Of a stretch of 32,000 bases of DNA, positions 1 to 9,015 are shown piece after piece (position 1 is the first letter of the stretch; each line of letters starts with the position of its first letter). The stretch is from Gemmata obscuriglobus (GTDB lineage: Bacteria > Planctomycetota > Planctomycetia > Gemmatales > Gemmataceae), in NCBI RefSeq assembly GCF_008065095.1, contig NZ_CP042911.1, forward strand, positions 6,240,001-6,272,000. Direction: 5' to 3'. The notes under the pieces were generated by a model. That model had not been told where the DNA came from, did not search any database, and saw only the letters and a list, made by a program, of their open reading frames with translations. The position numbers and the translations under genes are program-made.

Positions 1-1327
1 GCCCGCGGGCCGACACCCAGACCGGGCAGTCTCCCAGTAGCGGGTACTCCATGTCGTAATCGGTCCGGGTCGCGGCCGCACGGCGGGACTCGTCCCGGCT
101 CCGGTCGCGGTACTCGGGGTGGATGAGCCCGCGCATCGACTCGCGCCCGTGCGTGCAACCCGGCTCCACGCCGTAGATTTGGGCGGCCCGGTCGGACATG
201 GTGAGCTGGTCCGTGACCGGGTCCCACACCCACGTGCCCAGGTCGGCGGCGTCCACGGCCAGCCGGAGCGCCTCCGCCAGCCGGTTGCGCGCGTCCTCCT
301 GGAGCTTGCGCGGGGTGATGTCGCGGAACACCAGGATGGCCCCGTTGATCCGGCCGTCGGGGCCACGGATCGGGGCCGCGGAGTCGTCGATCGGGTGCTC
401 GGCGCCGCCCCGGGCGATGAGGATGGTGTGGTTCGCCAGCCCGACGATGACGCCCTTCGCCAGCGCCCGCAGGGCCGGGTTCTCGACCTCGACGCGGGTG
501 GACTCGTTGACGATGCGGAACACCTCGGTGAGCGGGCGCCCGGCGGCGGCGGCGGCGGGCCACCCGGTGAGCTGCTCGGCGACCGGGTTCATCAGCGTGA
601 CGCGCCCGGCCGGGTCGGTCGCGATGACGCCGTCGCCGATGCTGGTGAGGGCGGTGCGGAGCCACTCGCGCTGTTCGATCAGTTCGGCGGCGGCGCGGGC
701 ACGCGAACGGGAACCGCGGCGCAGCAGCCACACGAACAGCCCGAGCGCGACCAACCCGATGGCCGCCGCGGCCAGTTCCGAGAGCAGCGCGCTGGAGTGC
801 GCCCGTTCGGACTCGTTTCGCCGCGTTCGGAGCAGGTCACGCTCGGCGCCCTCGAACTCGTCCGCCCCGCGTGCAAGTGCGGCGAGCCGGTCCGCCCACC
901 CCGCTTCGGCGGCGCTGCGGCCGGCCTCGGGTCCGCGCTCCCTTCGCGCCGCAGCCGCCACGCGGAGTTGCCGCGAGGCGGCGGAGAAGAGGTCGGTAAT
1001 CTCGGCGATGCGGTCTTGCTGGGCGCGGTCGTCGCGTGTGAGCTGCGTGAGTTCGCCGAGCGCCGCGAGGGCACGTTCTTCGCCGGCACGTAGCGCCTGG
1101 GGCGGCTCCTCACCCGCCAGAACGAACGTGCGATGGGCGGCTTCCAGGTCGCGGATGTGGGCACGCACGGCGCCAAGGGCCGTGAGCACTTCCTGGGTGT
1201 GAGCTACCCGGGCTTCGCCGACGTGAACCGCGTGCGTGTGCCAGATCGAGGAGGCGGCGCTGGCGGCCACGAGGACCGCGAGCAGCACCGTGCCGGTGAG
1301 GACGCTGCGATCGAACTCCCTACCCAT
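1..1327 (-). CDS. Sensor protein: CHASE3-like extracytoplasmic domain, TM, tandem PAS domains. C-terminal part runs off the window. Absent from the supplied ORF track.
   Basis: Own translation of the minus strand from ATG at 1327, with AAGGGG SD-like 7 nt upstream. Reads MGREFDRSVLTGTVLLAVLVAAS (TM), then HTQEVLTALGAVRAHIRDLEAAHRTFVLAGEE (CHASE3-like), second TM LAAAAIGLVALGLFVWLL, then PAS-like LTSIGDGVIATDPAGRVTLMNPVAEQLTGW...ILVFRDITPRK and a second PAS. Frame stays open to position 1. Strong GC3. Confidence 0.75.
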   Translation of the reverse strand, partial: MGREFDRSVLTGTVLLAVLVAASAASSIWHTHAVHVGEARVAHTQEVLTALGAVRAHIRDLEAAHRTFVLAGEEPPQALRAGEERALAALGELTQLTRDDRAQQDRIAEITDLFSAASRQLRVAAAARRERGPEAGRSAAEAGWADRLAALARGADEFEGAERDLLRTRRNESERAHSSALLSELAAAAIGLVALGLFVWLLRRGSRSRARAAAELIEQREWLRTALTSIGDGVIATDPAGRVTLMNPVAEQLTGWPAAAAAGRPLTEVFRIVNESTRVEVENPALRALAKGVIVGLANHTILIARGGAEHPIDDSAAPIRGPDGRINGAILVFRDITPRKLQEDARNRLAEALRLAVDAADLGTWVWDPVTDQLTMSDRAAQIYGVEPGCTHGRESMRGLIHPEYRDRSRDESRRAAATRTDYDMEYPLLGDCPVWVSARG

Positions 1328-1483
1328 GCCCGCCCCTTGTTCGCGGTGCGGCCCGTCGGCCCGCCGGGGCAATATCTTACGGGCGCACTGCGGTCGGGCA
1401 CGCCCCGGCTGGTGTCGGGCCGGTGCGTCGGCTCTGCGCCTCGCTTGCCGGCGGCGCAGGTGGAAAGACCGTGGGGGCGCGAT

Positions 1484-3424
1484 TCAACTCCCGCCGCTCG
1501 TTACCACCGCACGACCGGGTTCCCGCACCGTGGGTGCCGGCGCGGCGGTCCGTTCCGGAGCTGCAGGCGTCACCCCGCGGGCGCGGTCGAGAGCCGCCTT
1601 CAGCCCGCGGTTCCAGGCGTCCAGGTTGTACCGGTCGCGCACGTCGGCCCGGGCCGTCCGCCCGAGCCGCCGGCGCAGGGCGTGGTCCTCGACCAGCCGC
1701 GACACCGCCTCGACGATTCCCGCGACCACTTCGGGGTCGGGCGTGTACGTGAACTCGTAGTCCTCGCGCAGCATCCCGGCTTCGGGGTCCGCCCAGGACG
1801 CCTTCCCGTGCCGGCCGCGGACCACCAGGCCGTTGTGGCCGTCCTCAAGGTACTCCTCCATGCCCCAACCGTCCGAGCCGACGACGGCGAGGCCGTAGGA
1901 CATCGCCTGGAGGAGCGACACGATGTGAACCCGGGCCGCGGGGAGCAGGAAGATGTCGCTCCCGGCGTGCAACTCGGCCATCTCCTCGTCGGTCAGGAAC
2001 CGGTTCACGACCCGCACCCACCCGCCCTCAATGATCCGCAGGTAGTGGTCGTCCAGGGCGGGCAGGGCCGTCCGGATCGTGAGCCGCAGGTGCGGGTACC
2101 GCTTGCGCAGCACGGAGAACGCTTCGAGCACGTCCAGCCCGCCGCGGACGTAGAAGTTCTCCGGCACCTGGCACCACGAGTTGATGAACAGCAGGTTGAC
2201 GGGCTCGTCACCGGGCCGCGGGTCGTGCCGCTGCCAGCGCTCCGGCAGGCGCACGCCGAGCGGGGCGTACACCACCTTCTTGCTGATGATCTCGCTCTTG
2301 AACAGCGCCGGGATCAGCTCGGCGGTCGACCGCATGTGCGTGAGGACGGCCTTGCAGTGGTCGGCCTCGAGCAGCGCCCGCACGATCGGGAAGTACGGCG
2401 ACTCCGCGAGCGCCATGCCACAGGTGTGCCCGTTCTGGACGTGCGGGTAGAACAGCGTGGTCACGTCCTCGATCTCGATCACCCACGGGTTCTGCCCGAA
2501 GGTGTACGGCATGCTCGTGAGGAACACCAACTCCTGCCGGCCGAGGAGCAACTGCGATTGCAGGTGCCGGGTTTGAAGGAAGCTCAACACCGCGCCGGGC
2601 TTGCAGCCCTTCCGGATGAGCAGGGCGGCCAACCGGACGAAGGCGACCAGCACCGCGACCCGGGTCGCCAGGCTCACCCCCTTCGGCGGGAACACGAAGC
2701 TCAGCGCGCTGCGCCCCGCGTACCAGAGCTTCTGGAGCGCGACACCCGCCTTGCCGCACAGCCGTCGGGTCCGGGCTACGATCCCGCCGGCGCCGGGCGG
2801 TGCGGCTTGCGGGGCCGTCACCGGCGGCGCGGACCGGGTGAACCGGTAGCCGTCGGGCGGGTTCCCGGTGTGCTTGAACTGCGGGTGCTGCCCGCAGTTG
2901 CCCGATACGGAAAAGATCGGCAGCCACCCGGCGAACTCGACCGGCGCGCCCGCGGCGATCTGCTGCACCCGGCGCTCCAGGTCTTCGGCGCTGACCCCGG
3001 GAATCACCCCCGCCCGCTGCCGGTCCGCAGGAACGTCCAGGTCGATCGCGCCGGCGTTTTCGGGCACCGCGTAGAACACGCCGCGGTGCCGCGCGATGTC
3101 GTACCCCGCGACCTTCGCGACCGCTTCCGGGAGGTGCGCACGCGGGTCGCAGGCGTCGACCAAGCGCTTCACCTCGTCGAGCGTCGGGGCCGCGAGAACC
3201 GCGGGGTGCCGGTCGAGCAGCCCCGGCGTGCGGAGGATGCGCTCGACCTGTGCGGTGAGCGGGATCGCGTGGACGCGCCCGTGGATGCGGATCAGTCGGA
3301 ACCCGTTGTACGACTCCGGGAACGGGATCTTGTCGCGGCGGCCGAGCTGCATGGCAAGTTGTCCGAGGGGGCGATTCGGGTGCGCGGGGCCGGCGCCGTT
3401 CCGGGAAATCACCCGGGCCGGCAC
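1484..3424 (-). CDS. Glycosyltransferase family 1 (GT-B, GT4-like) with ~300-aa non-GT N-terminal extension
   Basis: 646-aa ORF. The C-terminal half has GT1 hallmarks (FINSWC..., LRLTIRT, EEMAELHAGSDIFLLPARVHIVSLLQAMSYGLAVVGSDGWGMEEYLEDGHNGLVV). GTG start at 3424; ATG at M25 is an alternative. Confidence 0.8.
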   Translation of the reverse strand: MPARVISRNGAGPAHPNRPLGQLAMQLGRRDKIPFPESYNGFRLIRIHGRVHAIPLTAQVERILRTPGLLDRHPAVLAAPTLDEVKRLVDACDPRAHLPEAVAKVAGYDIARHRGVFYAVPENAGAIDLDVPADRQRAGVIPGVSAEDLERRVQQIAAGAPVEFAGWLPIFSVSGNCGQHPQFKHTGNPPDGYRFTRSAPPVTAPQAAPPGAGGIVARTRRLCGKAGVALQKLWYAGRSALSFVFPPKGVSLATRVAVLVAFVRLAALLIRKGCKPGAVLSFLQTRHLQSQLLLGRQELVFLTSMPYTFGQNPWVIEIEDVTTLFYPHVQNGHTCGMALAESPYFPIVRALLEADHCKAVLTHMRSTAELIPALFKSEIISKKVVYAPLGVRLPERWQRHDPRPGDEPVNLLFINSWCQVPENFYVRGGLDVLEAFSVLRKRYPHLRLTIRTALPALDDHYLRIIEGGWVRVVNRFLTDEEMAELHAGSDIFLLPAARVHIVSLLQAMSYGLAVVGSDGWGMEEYLEDGHNGLVVRGRHGKASWADPEAGMLREDYEFTYTPDPEVVAGIVEAVSRLVEDHALRRRLGRTARADVRDRYNLDAWNRGLKAALDRARGVTPAAPERTAAPAPTVREPGRAVVTSGGS

Positions 3425-3526
3425 CAGTATTCCGTTGAAATCACAAGGAGCGTTCGGGCGCGGGCGTCGCGCCGCACGGGCCGAGAGAGGCGTCGCGAAT
3501 GGTCGGGGCCGGACGGAGCCGGCGAC

Positions 3527-4405
3527 TTATGCGAAGAAGGAGCCGATTCGGGTGCGGAGCTTGCGGAGCGCCCGCGCCGGGAGCCGGTGCGCCGGCTGCT
3601 GGCGCATCTTGTACCACGTCTCCGACCACCCGCGGCGGTGTTCGGTGCCGTGGACCATGTTCAGGTAGAGGTTGCGGGCCTGGCGGCGCACCAGCTCGAA
3701 CCAGTAGCGGTTGTTGGGGCCGACGTTGTTGGTGATTTCCATGTTGTTGTACGTCGGGGCCAGCCCGCAACTGGCGGGCCGGTCGTCCGCGCCGCCGCGC
3801 GCGTAGAACGGGTGGTGCTGCTTCCAGATCACCACCCCGTACAGGTCGTACAGCGCCACCGACAGCCCCATGAGCCAGCTGTCGACGTTGGCCTGCCACC
3901 CGAAGTTCTGGCACACCTCAATGACCCGCGAGCTGACGACCGGCGACCACGGGCCGAACGACACCACCCACTCGCGGATCACTTCCTCTTGCTCGTACCG
4001 GCCGGCGTAGGTCTCGATCATCGGGCGCCGGTGCCCCATGATGCAGAACTCTTCCTTCGTCGCCAGGATCTCGGACACGAACCCGGGCCGGTTGAAGTAG
4101 AAGTCGTCGGCGGTCATCAGGCACCACTTCGAGCGCGGGTCGCGCTGGGCGAAGAGGTACTCCTGCGCGTGGTGCAGGCCGTGGCGCCCCTCGCCCCGGG
4201 ACCACACGAACGGGCGCACCGGGAACGGGTACTTCGCCAGCGCGGCGTCCGTCGGCCGGTCGTCGTCGTCGGAATCGAACTTGATGAGGAACTCGACGTG
4301 CTTCTTCTCTTCCGGGGTGGTGCAGTCCGCCATCGACTCGAGGAGGCGGGTGAGCCCGGAGTCCGGGTTGCCTTTGGCGCGCGAGCAGAACAGCACGCTG
4401 ATCAT
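3527..4405 (-). CDS. Putative GT-A-fold glycosyltransferase-like protein (292 aa)
   Basis: The coding-looking part of ORF 3527..5467 begins at ATG 4405. MISVLFCSRAKGN...LLESM...VEFLIKFDSDDDD and LMTADDFYF resemble GT2-type Rossmann/DxD layout. Upstream residues in the long ORF are Arg-rich shadow overlapping the permease gene. Confidence 0.6.
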   Translation of the reverse strand: MISVLFCSRAKGNPDSGLTRLLESMADCTTPEEKKHVEFLIKFDSDDDDRPTDAALAKYPFPVRPFVWSRGEGRHGLHHAQEYLFAQRDPRSKWCLMTADDFYFNRPGFVSEILATKEEFCIMGHRRPMIETYAGRYEQEEVIREWVVSFGPWSPVVSSRVIEVCQNFGWQANVDSWLMGLSVALYDLYGVVIWKQHHPFYARGGADDRPASCGLAPTYNNMEITNNVGPNNRYWFELVRRQARNLYLNMVHGTEHRRGWSETWYKMRQQPAHRLPARALRKLRTRIGSFFA

Positions 4406-4517
4406 GGTATCACCGTCCTGGCGAGGGAGCGCGGCGGGGTTCGGGGGCCCGAGCGACCGGCCGCGAGGACGGCAATCTACATCCGGCGCGAAAAGTGGGT
4501 CAAGGCGGATTGGCCGG

Positions 4518-4545
4518 CGGCTCGCCCCGCGTGGGGGGCGAGCCG
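4518..4545 (-). terminator. GC-rich hairpin (11-bp perfect stem, 6-nt loop) between permease and GT-A-like gene
   Basis: cggctcgcccc-gcgtgg-ggggcgagccg. Lies 55 nt downstream of the permease stop on the minus strand. No adjacent U tract, so terminator function is uncertain. Confidence 0.3.
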
Positions 4546-4599
4546 CATGTGCCGGCCGTTCTGGGCGCCCGAGACATCTGCCCGGTTTCGTCAACTCGG

Positions 4600-5385
4600 T
4601 CAGAGCTGGTACACAACCTTCTTCTGGCAGCGCCAGGTGGTGGCGAGCGCGAACAGGTACAGCGCCGCGGTGCAGAAGGCGGCGTACGCGTACACCTTCA
4701 CGTCGGGCAGTTCGCCGGCAATCAGCGGGCGGCGCACCAGTTCCATGTACGCGTTCAGCGGGTTGAACCGGGCCACCCACCCGAGCCCCTTGCCCGTCAG
4801 CAGTTCCGCCGGATACACGATGGGGGTCAGGAAGAACAGGATCTGCGCGAAGATCTCCAGCAGGTGCTTGGTGTCGTGAAAGTGCACCTGCGCGAACGCG
4901 CAGACGGTCGCCACCGCCCAGCCCGCGACGAAGATCATGAGCAGCGCCGGCGCCACCGCCCAGAGCATCAGCAGCTTCTCCGCGTGCCCGTCCTTGATGA
5001 CGAGCGCCGCGAGCGCGACCCCGAACGCGAGCAGCCCCTGGATCGCGTACCCGATCACGAACCGGAGCGAGTACAGGCCGAACGGGAGCGGGCTCTGGCG
5101 GATGTAGTTCTCGTGCGAGATCAGCGCCAGGCACCCGCTGACGGCGCACTCGCGCACGAACCCCCACACCGCGAGCGCGACCAGCAGCGAGGTGGCGTAC
5201 TCCGCGGGCGAGAGCCCGAGCACCCCGCTGAACACGATCACGTAGGTCCCGGCCATCGCGATCGGGATCAGCAAGGCCCACCCGGTGCCCAGCGCGGACC
5301 GCTTGTACCGCATGCGGAAGTCGAGCCGCACGAGCGCGAGCAGGAAGTTCCGGAACTTCCAGATGCCGGTGACTTGGTTGAGCAT
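4600..5385 (-). CDS. ABC-2 type (Wzm/TagG-like) polysaccharide export permease (261 aa)
   Basis: Starts at ATG 5385 (GAGGTAGGG SD). MLNQVTGIWKFRNFLLALVRLDFRMRYKRSALGTGWALLIPI is the canonical ABC-2 N-terminus, followed by six hydrophobic segments. The rest of the 970-aa ORF upstream is shadow over the kinase gene. Confidence 0.85.
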   Translation of the reverse strand: MLNQVTGIWKFRNFLLALVRLDFRMRYKRSALGTGWALLIPIAMAGTYVIVFSGVLGLSPAEYATSLLVALAVWGFVRECAVSGCLALISHENYIRQSPLPFGLYSLRFVIGYAIQGLLAFGVALAALVIKDGHAEKLLMLWAVAPALLMIFVAGWAVATVCAFAQVHFHDTKHLLEIFAQILFFLTPIVYPAELLTGKGLGWVARFNPLNAYMELVRRPLIAGELPDVKVYAYAAFCTAALYLFALATTWRCQKKVVYQL

Positions 5386-5477
5386 CCCTACCTCGGCCGC
5401 GGGTCCCCTGTCGGGCGGAACGGGGGCGGCTTCTACAGAGCGCCCCGCGGTTCCACAACCCCAACACGGCCGGCGCG

Positions 5478-7997
5478 TCACACGCCGATCGCGGTGAGCG
5501 CGACCTGGAGGTCGCCGCGGGCGTAAGGCTTTTGGAGGAAGCCGGTTGCGGAGTCGGCGGCCAGCTCCTCGGGCACCGCCTCCGATGTGTACCCGCTGCA
5601 CAGGATCACCGGGACCGTCGAGCGGTCCCGGATCGCCGACAGCGCCTCGGCCCCGTCCATTACCGGCATCATTAGGTCGAGCAGCACGACCCGGATCTGG
5701 TCCGCGTGCTCGACGAACAGGGCCACCGCCTCCGCGCCGTTGGTCGCGGTAATGACGGCGTAGCCCATCTGCACGAGCAGCAGTTCCGCGACCTGGCGAA
5801 CGGTCGGCTCGTCGTCCGCGACCAGCGCCAGCCCGCGGCCCGCCGGCGGGGGCGTGACCGTCGGCCCCGGTGTCGCCACGTCGGCCCCGGGAACCGGCGC
5901 CCGGCGTGGGCGCCGCGGTTCGGCGCCCGGCGTGGGTGTGACGCTCTCCGGGGGCGTGTGAAGTACCGCCGGCGGGCACTCGGGGGCCACCGGCAGTAGC
6001 ACCGTGAAGCGGGTGCCGATCCCGACGCGGCTGTCGACGCGGATCCCGCCCTGGTGCCCGCGGACGATGCCAAGCACCGCCGACATGCCCAGCCCGCGGC
6101 CGGTGAACTTGGTGGTGAAGAACGGGTCGAACAGCCGCGCCTTCGTGGCGTCGTCCATCCCGCACCCGGTGTCGGACACGATCAGCTCGACGAACTGCCC
6201 CGGCGCCGCCGGGCTGTACACCCCGCCGCTGACCGCTTCCAGCGCGAGGTCGTGAACCGCCGTCGTCACCGTGACCGTCCCGGCACGGTCCCCGATCGCC
6301 TCGCCGGCGTTGATGAGCAGGTTCATCAGCACCTGGCGCAACTGCCCGTCGTCGCCGGTGACCGTCGGCAGCCCCGGGGCCAGGTCGAGCGTCAGGTTCA
6401 CCTTTTTGGGCAGCGTGAGGCGCAACAGCTCCGTGGTCTGGCGGATCAGGTCGTTCAGGCTGATCGTTTTGAGCATAAACCGCCCCTTGCCGGAGTACGC
6501 GAGCAGCTGCCGCGTGAGCCCGCTGGCCTGCGCCACCCCGCTCAGGACGGTCGCCAGGTGGCGCCGGGCCGGGTGCCCTTCCGGGAGCGACCCGACCGCC
6601 AGTTCCGCGTGCCCCAGGACCCCGGCGAGCAGGTTGTTGAAGTCGTGCGCCACCCCGCCCGCCAGCACGCCCAGCGCCTCGAGCCGTTGTGCGTCCTCCA
6701 TCTTGCGCTGGATCGCGACCCGCTCCTCTTCGGCCTGCCGGCGCTCGGTCAGGTCGATGCCGACGGCCTGGAACTCGTCGCGCCCGGCGACGGTCTTGAT
6801 GAGCCGGGCGGTCCACCGGTACCACAGGCACGCCCCGTCCGACCGGCGGATCATCCCGGACACCCCGTTGGGGGGGCCGGTGAGCGGCGCGACCGGGAGG
6901 TCCGCCACTTCCTCGCGCCGCGGCATTTTGGGGATGAAGGTGAGCACCGACTGCCCGAGCAGCCGCTCGCGGGGCTGACCGAGCAGCTTGCACAGGGTCT
7001 CGTTCACGAACGTCAGCACGCCCTCGGGCGTGTACCGGACGATCGCGGCCGGGGTCCGGTCGACGAGGTTCTGGTACTCCTGCGCGGCCACCGCCAGCGC
7101 GGCCTCGGCCCGCTCGCGCTCGGCCATCGTGGTCGTCATCGCCAGGATGACGAGCGCGCTGGTCGTCGTGAGCGCCCACACCATCAGGAGCTTGGTGAGC
7201 GGGGCCAGGTGGGCGAACGCCCCGAGCCCGGCGGAGGTGCCGCCGATCGCGAACGACGCGAGTATCAGGACGTGCAGCGACCCGATCCGGAGCCGCTCGT
7301 TCATCCCCACCCACAGCAGCAGCATGAACGGCGGGAACACCATCAGCGACCGGAACCGCGGGTCCACGATGTTGGTGAACGCCAGACAGGTCAGCACCGT
7401 GGTGAGCAGCAGTCCCAAGGCCGGGCGCAGAGAGGACCGGCGGAACTGCGGCCGCTCGAGCGTGAGCAGAGGGGGGCCGACGATGAGCAGCCCGGTGGTG
7501 GCCCCGAGCCACCAGATAAGCCAGGCGGTCAACAGGTCGGAGGCGGGCAGCCCCCCGGCGGCGCGCCAGAGGACGCCGTTGGTGGCCCCGACCGTTGTGC
7601 CCCCGAGGCCCGCGAACAGGAACGCGTAGAGGTCACGTCGCCCGGCCGTCGCGGGGTTGAACCCGAACCCGCGCAACCCGCGGACCGTCACCACGGCGGC
7701 CGCCGCGTGGCCCGCCGACACGCCGAGCGCCACCCACCAATCGAACTGCGCCACCTGGCACGCCAGCGCGCCGAGGAACACGCCGGGCCAGTACCGCGGC
7801 CCCGCCCGGAACAGCACCGCGACCGCAAGCCCGGCGGGGGGCCAGACGAGCGCGATGTCGCAGCTGGCGCGGGCCAGCACCAGGCCGACCTGGGCCGTGA
7901 GGTAGTAGCCGAGTGCGAGAGCCAGCGTCCCCGCGACGAACCGGGCGATCGGCGTGGCGTAAGGACCCGGCATCGGTAGTTTAGTTGTTCGGGTCAC
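5478..7997 (-). CDS. Hybrid sensor histidine kinase: MASE1-like membrane domain, PAS, HisKA, HATPase_c, receiver
   Basis: Motifs seen: ALVWPPAGLAVAVLFRAGPRYWPGVFLG (MASE1-like), PAS (YQNLVDRTPAAIVRYTPEGVLTFVNE), H-box GGVAHDFNNLL, N/G boxes (NLLINAGEA, DTGCGM, GRGLGMS), Pro/Thr linker, REC (LALVADDEP...VLLDLMMPVMDG). GTG start 7997; ATG 7973 is an alternative. Confidence 0.9.
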   Translation of the reverse strand: MTRTTKLPMPGPYATPIARFVAGTLALALGYYLTAQVGLVLARASCDIALVWPPAGLAVAVLFRAGPRYWPGVFLGALACQVAQFDWWVALGVSAGHAAAAVVTVRGLRGFGFNPATAGRRDLYAFLFAGLGGTTVGATNGVLWRAAGGLPASDLLTAWLIWWLGATTGLLIVGPPLLTLERPQFRRSSLRPALGLLLTTVLTCLAFTNIVDPRFRSLMVFPPFMLLLWVGMNERLRIGSLHVLILASFAIGGTSAGLGAFAHLAPLTKLLMVWALTTTSALVILAMTTTMAERERAEAALAVAAQEYQNLVDRTPAAIVRYTPEGVLTFVNETLCKLLGQPRERLLGQSVLTFIPKMPRREEVADLPVAPLTGPPNGVSGMIRRSDGACLWYRWTARLIKTVAGRDEFQAVGIDLTERRQAEEERVAIQRKMEDAQRLEALGVLAGGVAHDFNNLLAGVLGHAELAVGSLPEGHPARRHLATVLSGVAQASGLTRQLLAYSGKGRFMLKTISLNDLIRQTTELLRLTLPKKVNLTLDLAPGLPTVTGDDGQLRQVLMNLLINAGEAIGDRAGTVTVTTAVHDLALEAVSGGVYSPAAPGQFVELIVSDTGCGMDDATKARLFDPFFTTKFTGRGLGMSAVLGIVRGHQGGIRVDSRVGIGTRFTVLLPVAPECPPAVLHTPPESVTPTPGAEPRRPRRAPVPGADVATPGPTVTPPPAGRGLALVADDEPTVRQVAELLLVQMGYAVITATNGAEAVALFVEHADQIRVVLLDLMMPVMDGAEALSAIRDRSTVPVILCSGYTSEAVPEELAADSATGFLQKPYARGDLQVALTAIGV

Positions 7998-8084
7998 GGC
8001 GCAGGGTTGTTGTTGTGCGGGGCGCCCGGTTACGCCCTAAATGTAGTTCGCCATTTGCCTTCCCTCCACCGTTCGTGCCGGTTC

Positions 8085-8906
8085 TTAAAATTCGGCTACC
8101 ACCCGACTTACCAGCGCGCGCAGCTTACTTTCAGCCTCGTTCGCGGTCTTGATGATGTCCGGCAGGTGAACTGGTTCGAGGGCGTCCGGGAGGCATTGAT
8201 CGGTTATGACGGATATGCCGAGCACCCGCATCTTCCCATGAACCGCCACGATCACTTCCGGCACCGTCGACATCCCCACGACATCGGCCCCGATCGCCCG
8301 CAGGAACCGGTACTCGGCCCGCGTTTCGAGGTTCGGCCCGCTGACCGCGACGAACACGCCCTGGTGGCACACGATCCGCTCCTCAAGGGCGATTTTGCGC
8401 CCGAGCGCGAGCAGCGCGCGATCGTAGGGGAAACACATGTCCGGGAACCGGTCGCCGAGCCGGTCGTCGTTCGGGCCGATCAGCGGGTTGTCCCCGAGCA
8501 GGTTGATGTGGTCCTCAATGAGCATGATGTCGCCGCGACCCCACTGCGGGTTCATCCCGCCGCACGCGTTGCTCACGATCAGCACTTCGGCGCCCAGCGC
8601 CTTCATCACCCGCACCGGGAACGTGACCTGCTGGAGCGTGTACCCCTCGTAGAAGTGCATCCGCCCTTCCATGACGAGCACCTTCTTCCCGCCGAGGGTG
8701 CCGCACACGAGCTGCCCCTTGTGCGACGGCGCCGTCGAGCGCGGGAAGTGCGGGATGTCCGCGTAGGGGATGACCGCGTCCGCCGCCACGTCCTCGGCCA
8801 GTTTGCCGAGCCCGGTGCCGAGGATGATGCCGGCCGCGGGGGCGTGCGCCCACCGCGCCCGGACGAACGCGGCGGCTTCCTGAATCTGGTCGTACAGCGC
8901 GGACAT
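8085..8906 (-). CDS. punA: Purine nucleoside phosphorylase (PunA type, 273 aa)
   Basis: Starts at ATG 8906 with AGGAG 5 nt upstream. [52 protein letters not shown] match trimeric PNP family blocks. The 40-aa N-terminal extension in the track is Arg/Pro-rich. Confidence 0.9.
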   Translation of the reverse strand: MSALYDQIQEAAAFVRARWAHAPAAGIILGTGLGKLAEDVAADAVIPYADIPHFPRSTAPSHKGQLVCGTLGGKKVLVMEGRMHFYEGYTLQQVTFPVRVMKALGAEVLIVSNACGGMNPQWGRGDIMLIEDHINLLGDNPLIGPNDDRLGDRFPDMCFPYDRALLALGRKIALEERIVCHQGVFVAVSGPNLETRAEYRFLRAIGADVVGMSTVPEVIVAVHGKMRVLGISVITDQCLPDALEPVHLPDIIKTANEAESKLRALVSRVVAEF

Positions 8907-9015
8907 GCGTGCTCCTGATTGGGGGATGCGCTTGTTGTAGAATCTCCCCACGCTTGGCGCGGCGCGCGAACGCGTCGGGGGCGACCGACGGGGCGCGCCG
9001 AACACAGGAGCCCGT

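Noticed and set aside
1133-4879. 1248-aa plus-strand ORF, the longest in the track
   Set aside because: It is antisense to three well-supported minus-strand genes (GT1, GT-A-like, permease). It has Arg/Gly/Pro/His-rich composition and no motifs. This is a typical stop-poor shadow frame of a GC-rich genome.
4600-7512. 970-aa minus ORF, and the 646-aa minus ORF 3527..5467
   Set aside because: Only the C-terminal 261 aa (permease) and 292 aa (GT-A-like) respectively look like protein. The N-terminal parts are Arg-rich read-through overlapping neighbouring real genes in another frame. Internal ATG starts with SD-like sequences were chosen instead.
6054-7979. 641-aa plus-strand ORF, and overlapping 5672..6073, 6271..6978 and 6988..7629
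   Set aside because: All lie opposite the hybrid histidine kinase, which has complete ordered domain motifs. Their composition is Arg/Pro/Gly/Glu-dominated.
8915-8943. TAGAAT -10-like hexamer in the punA/GTPase divergent region
   Set aside because: The best -35 candidates (CTGATT/TGATTG) are poor. I cannot distinguish this from chance without transcription start data.
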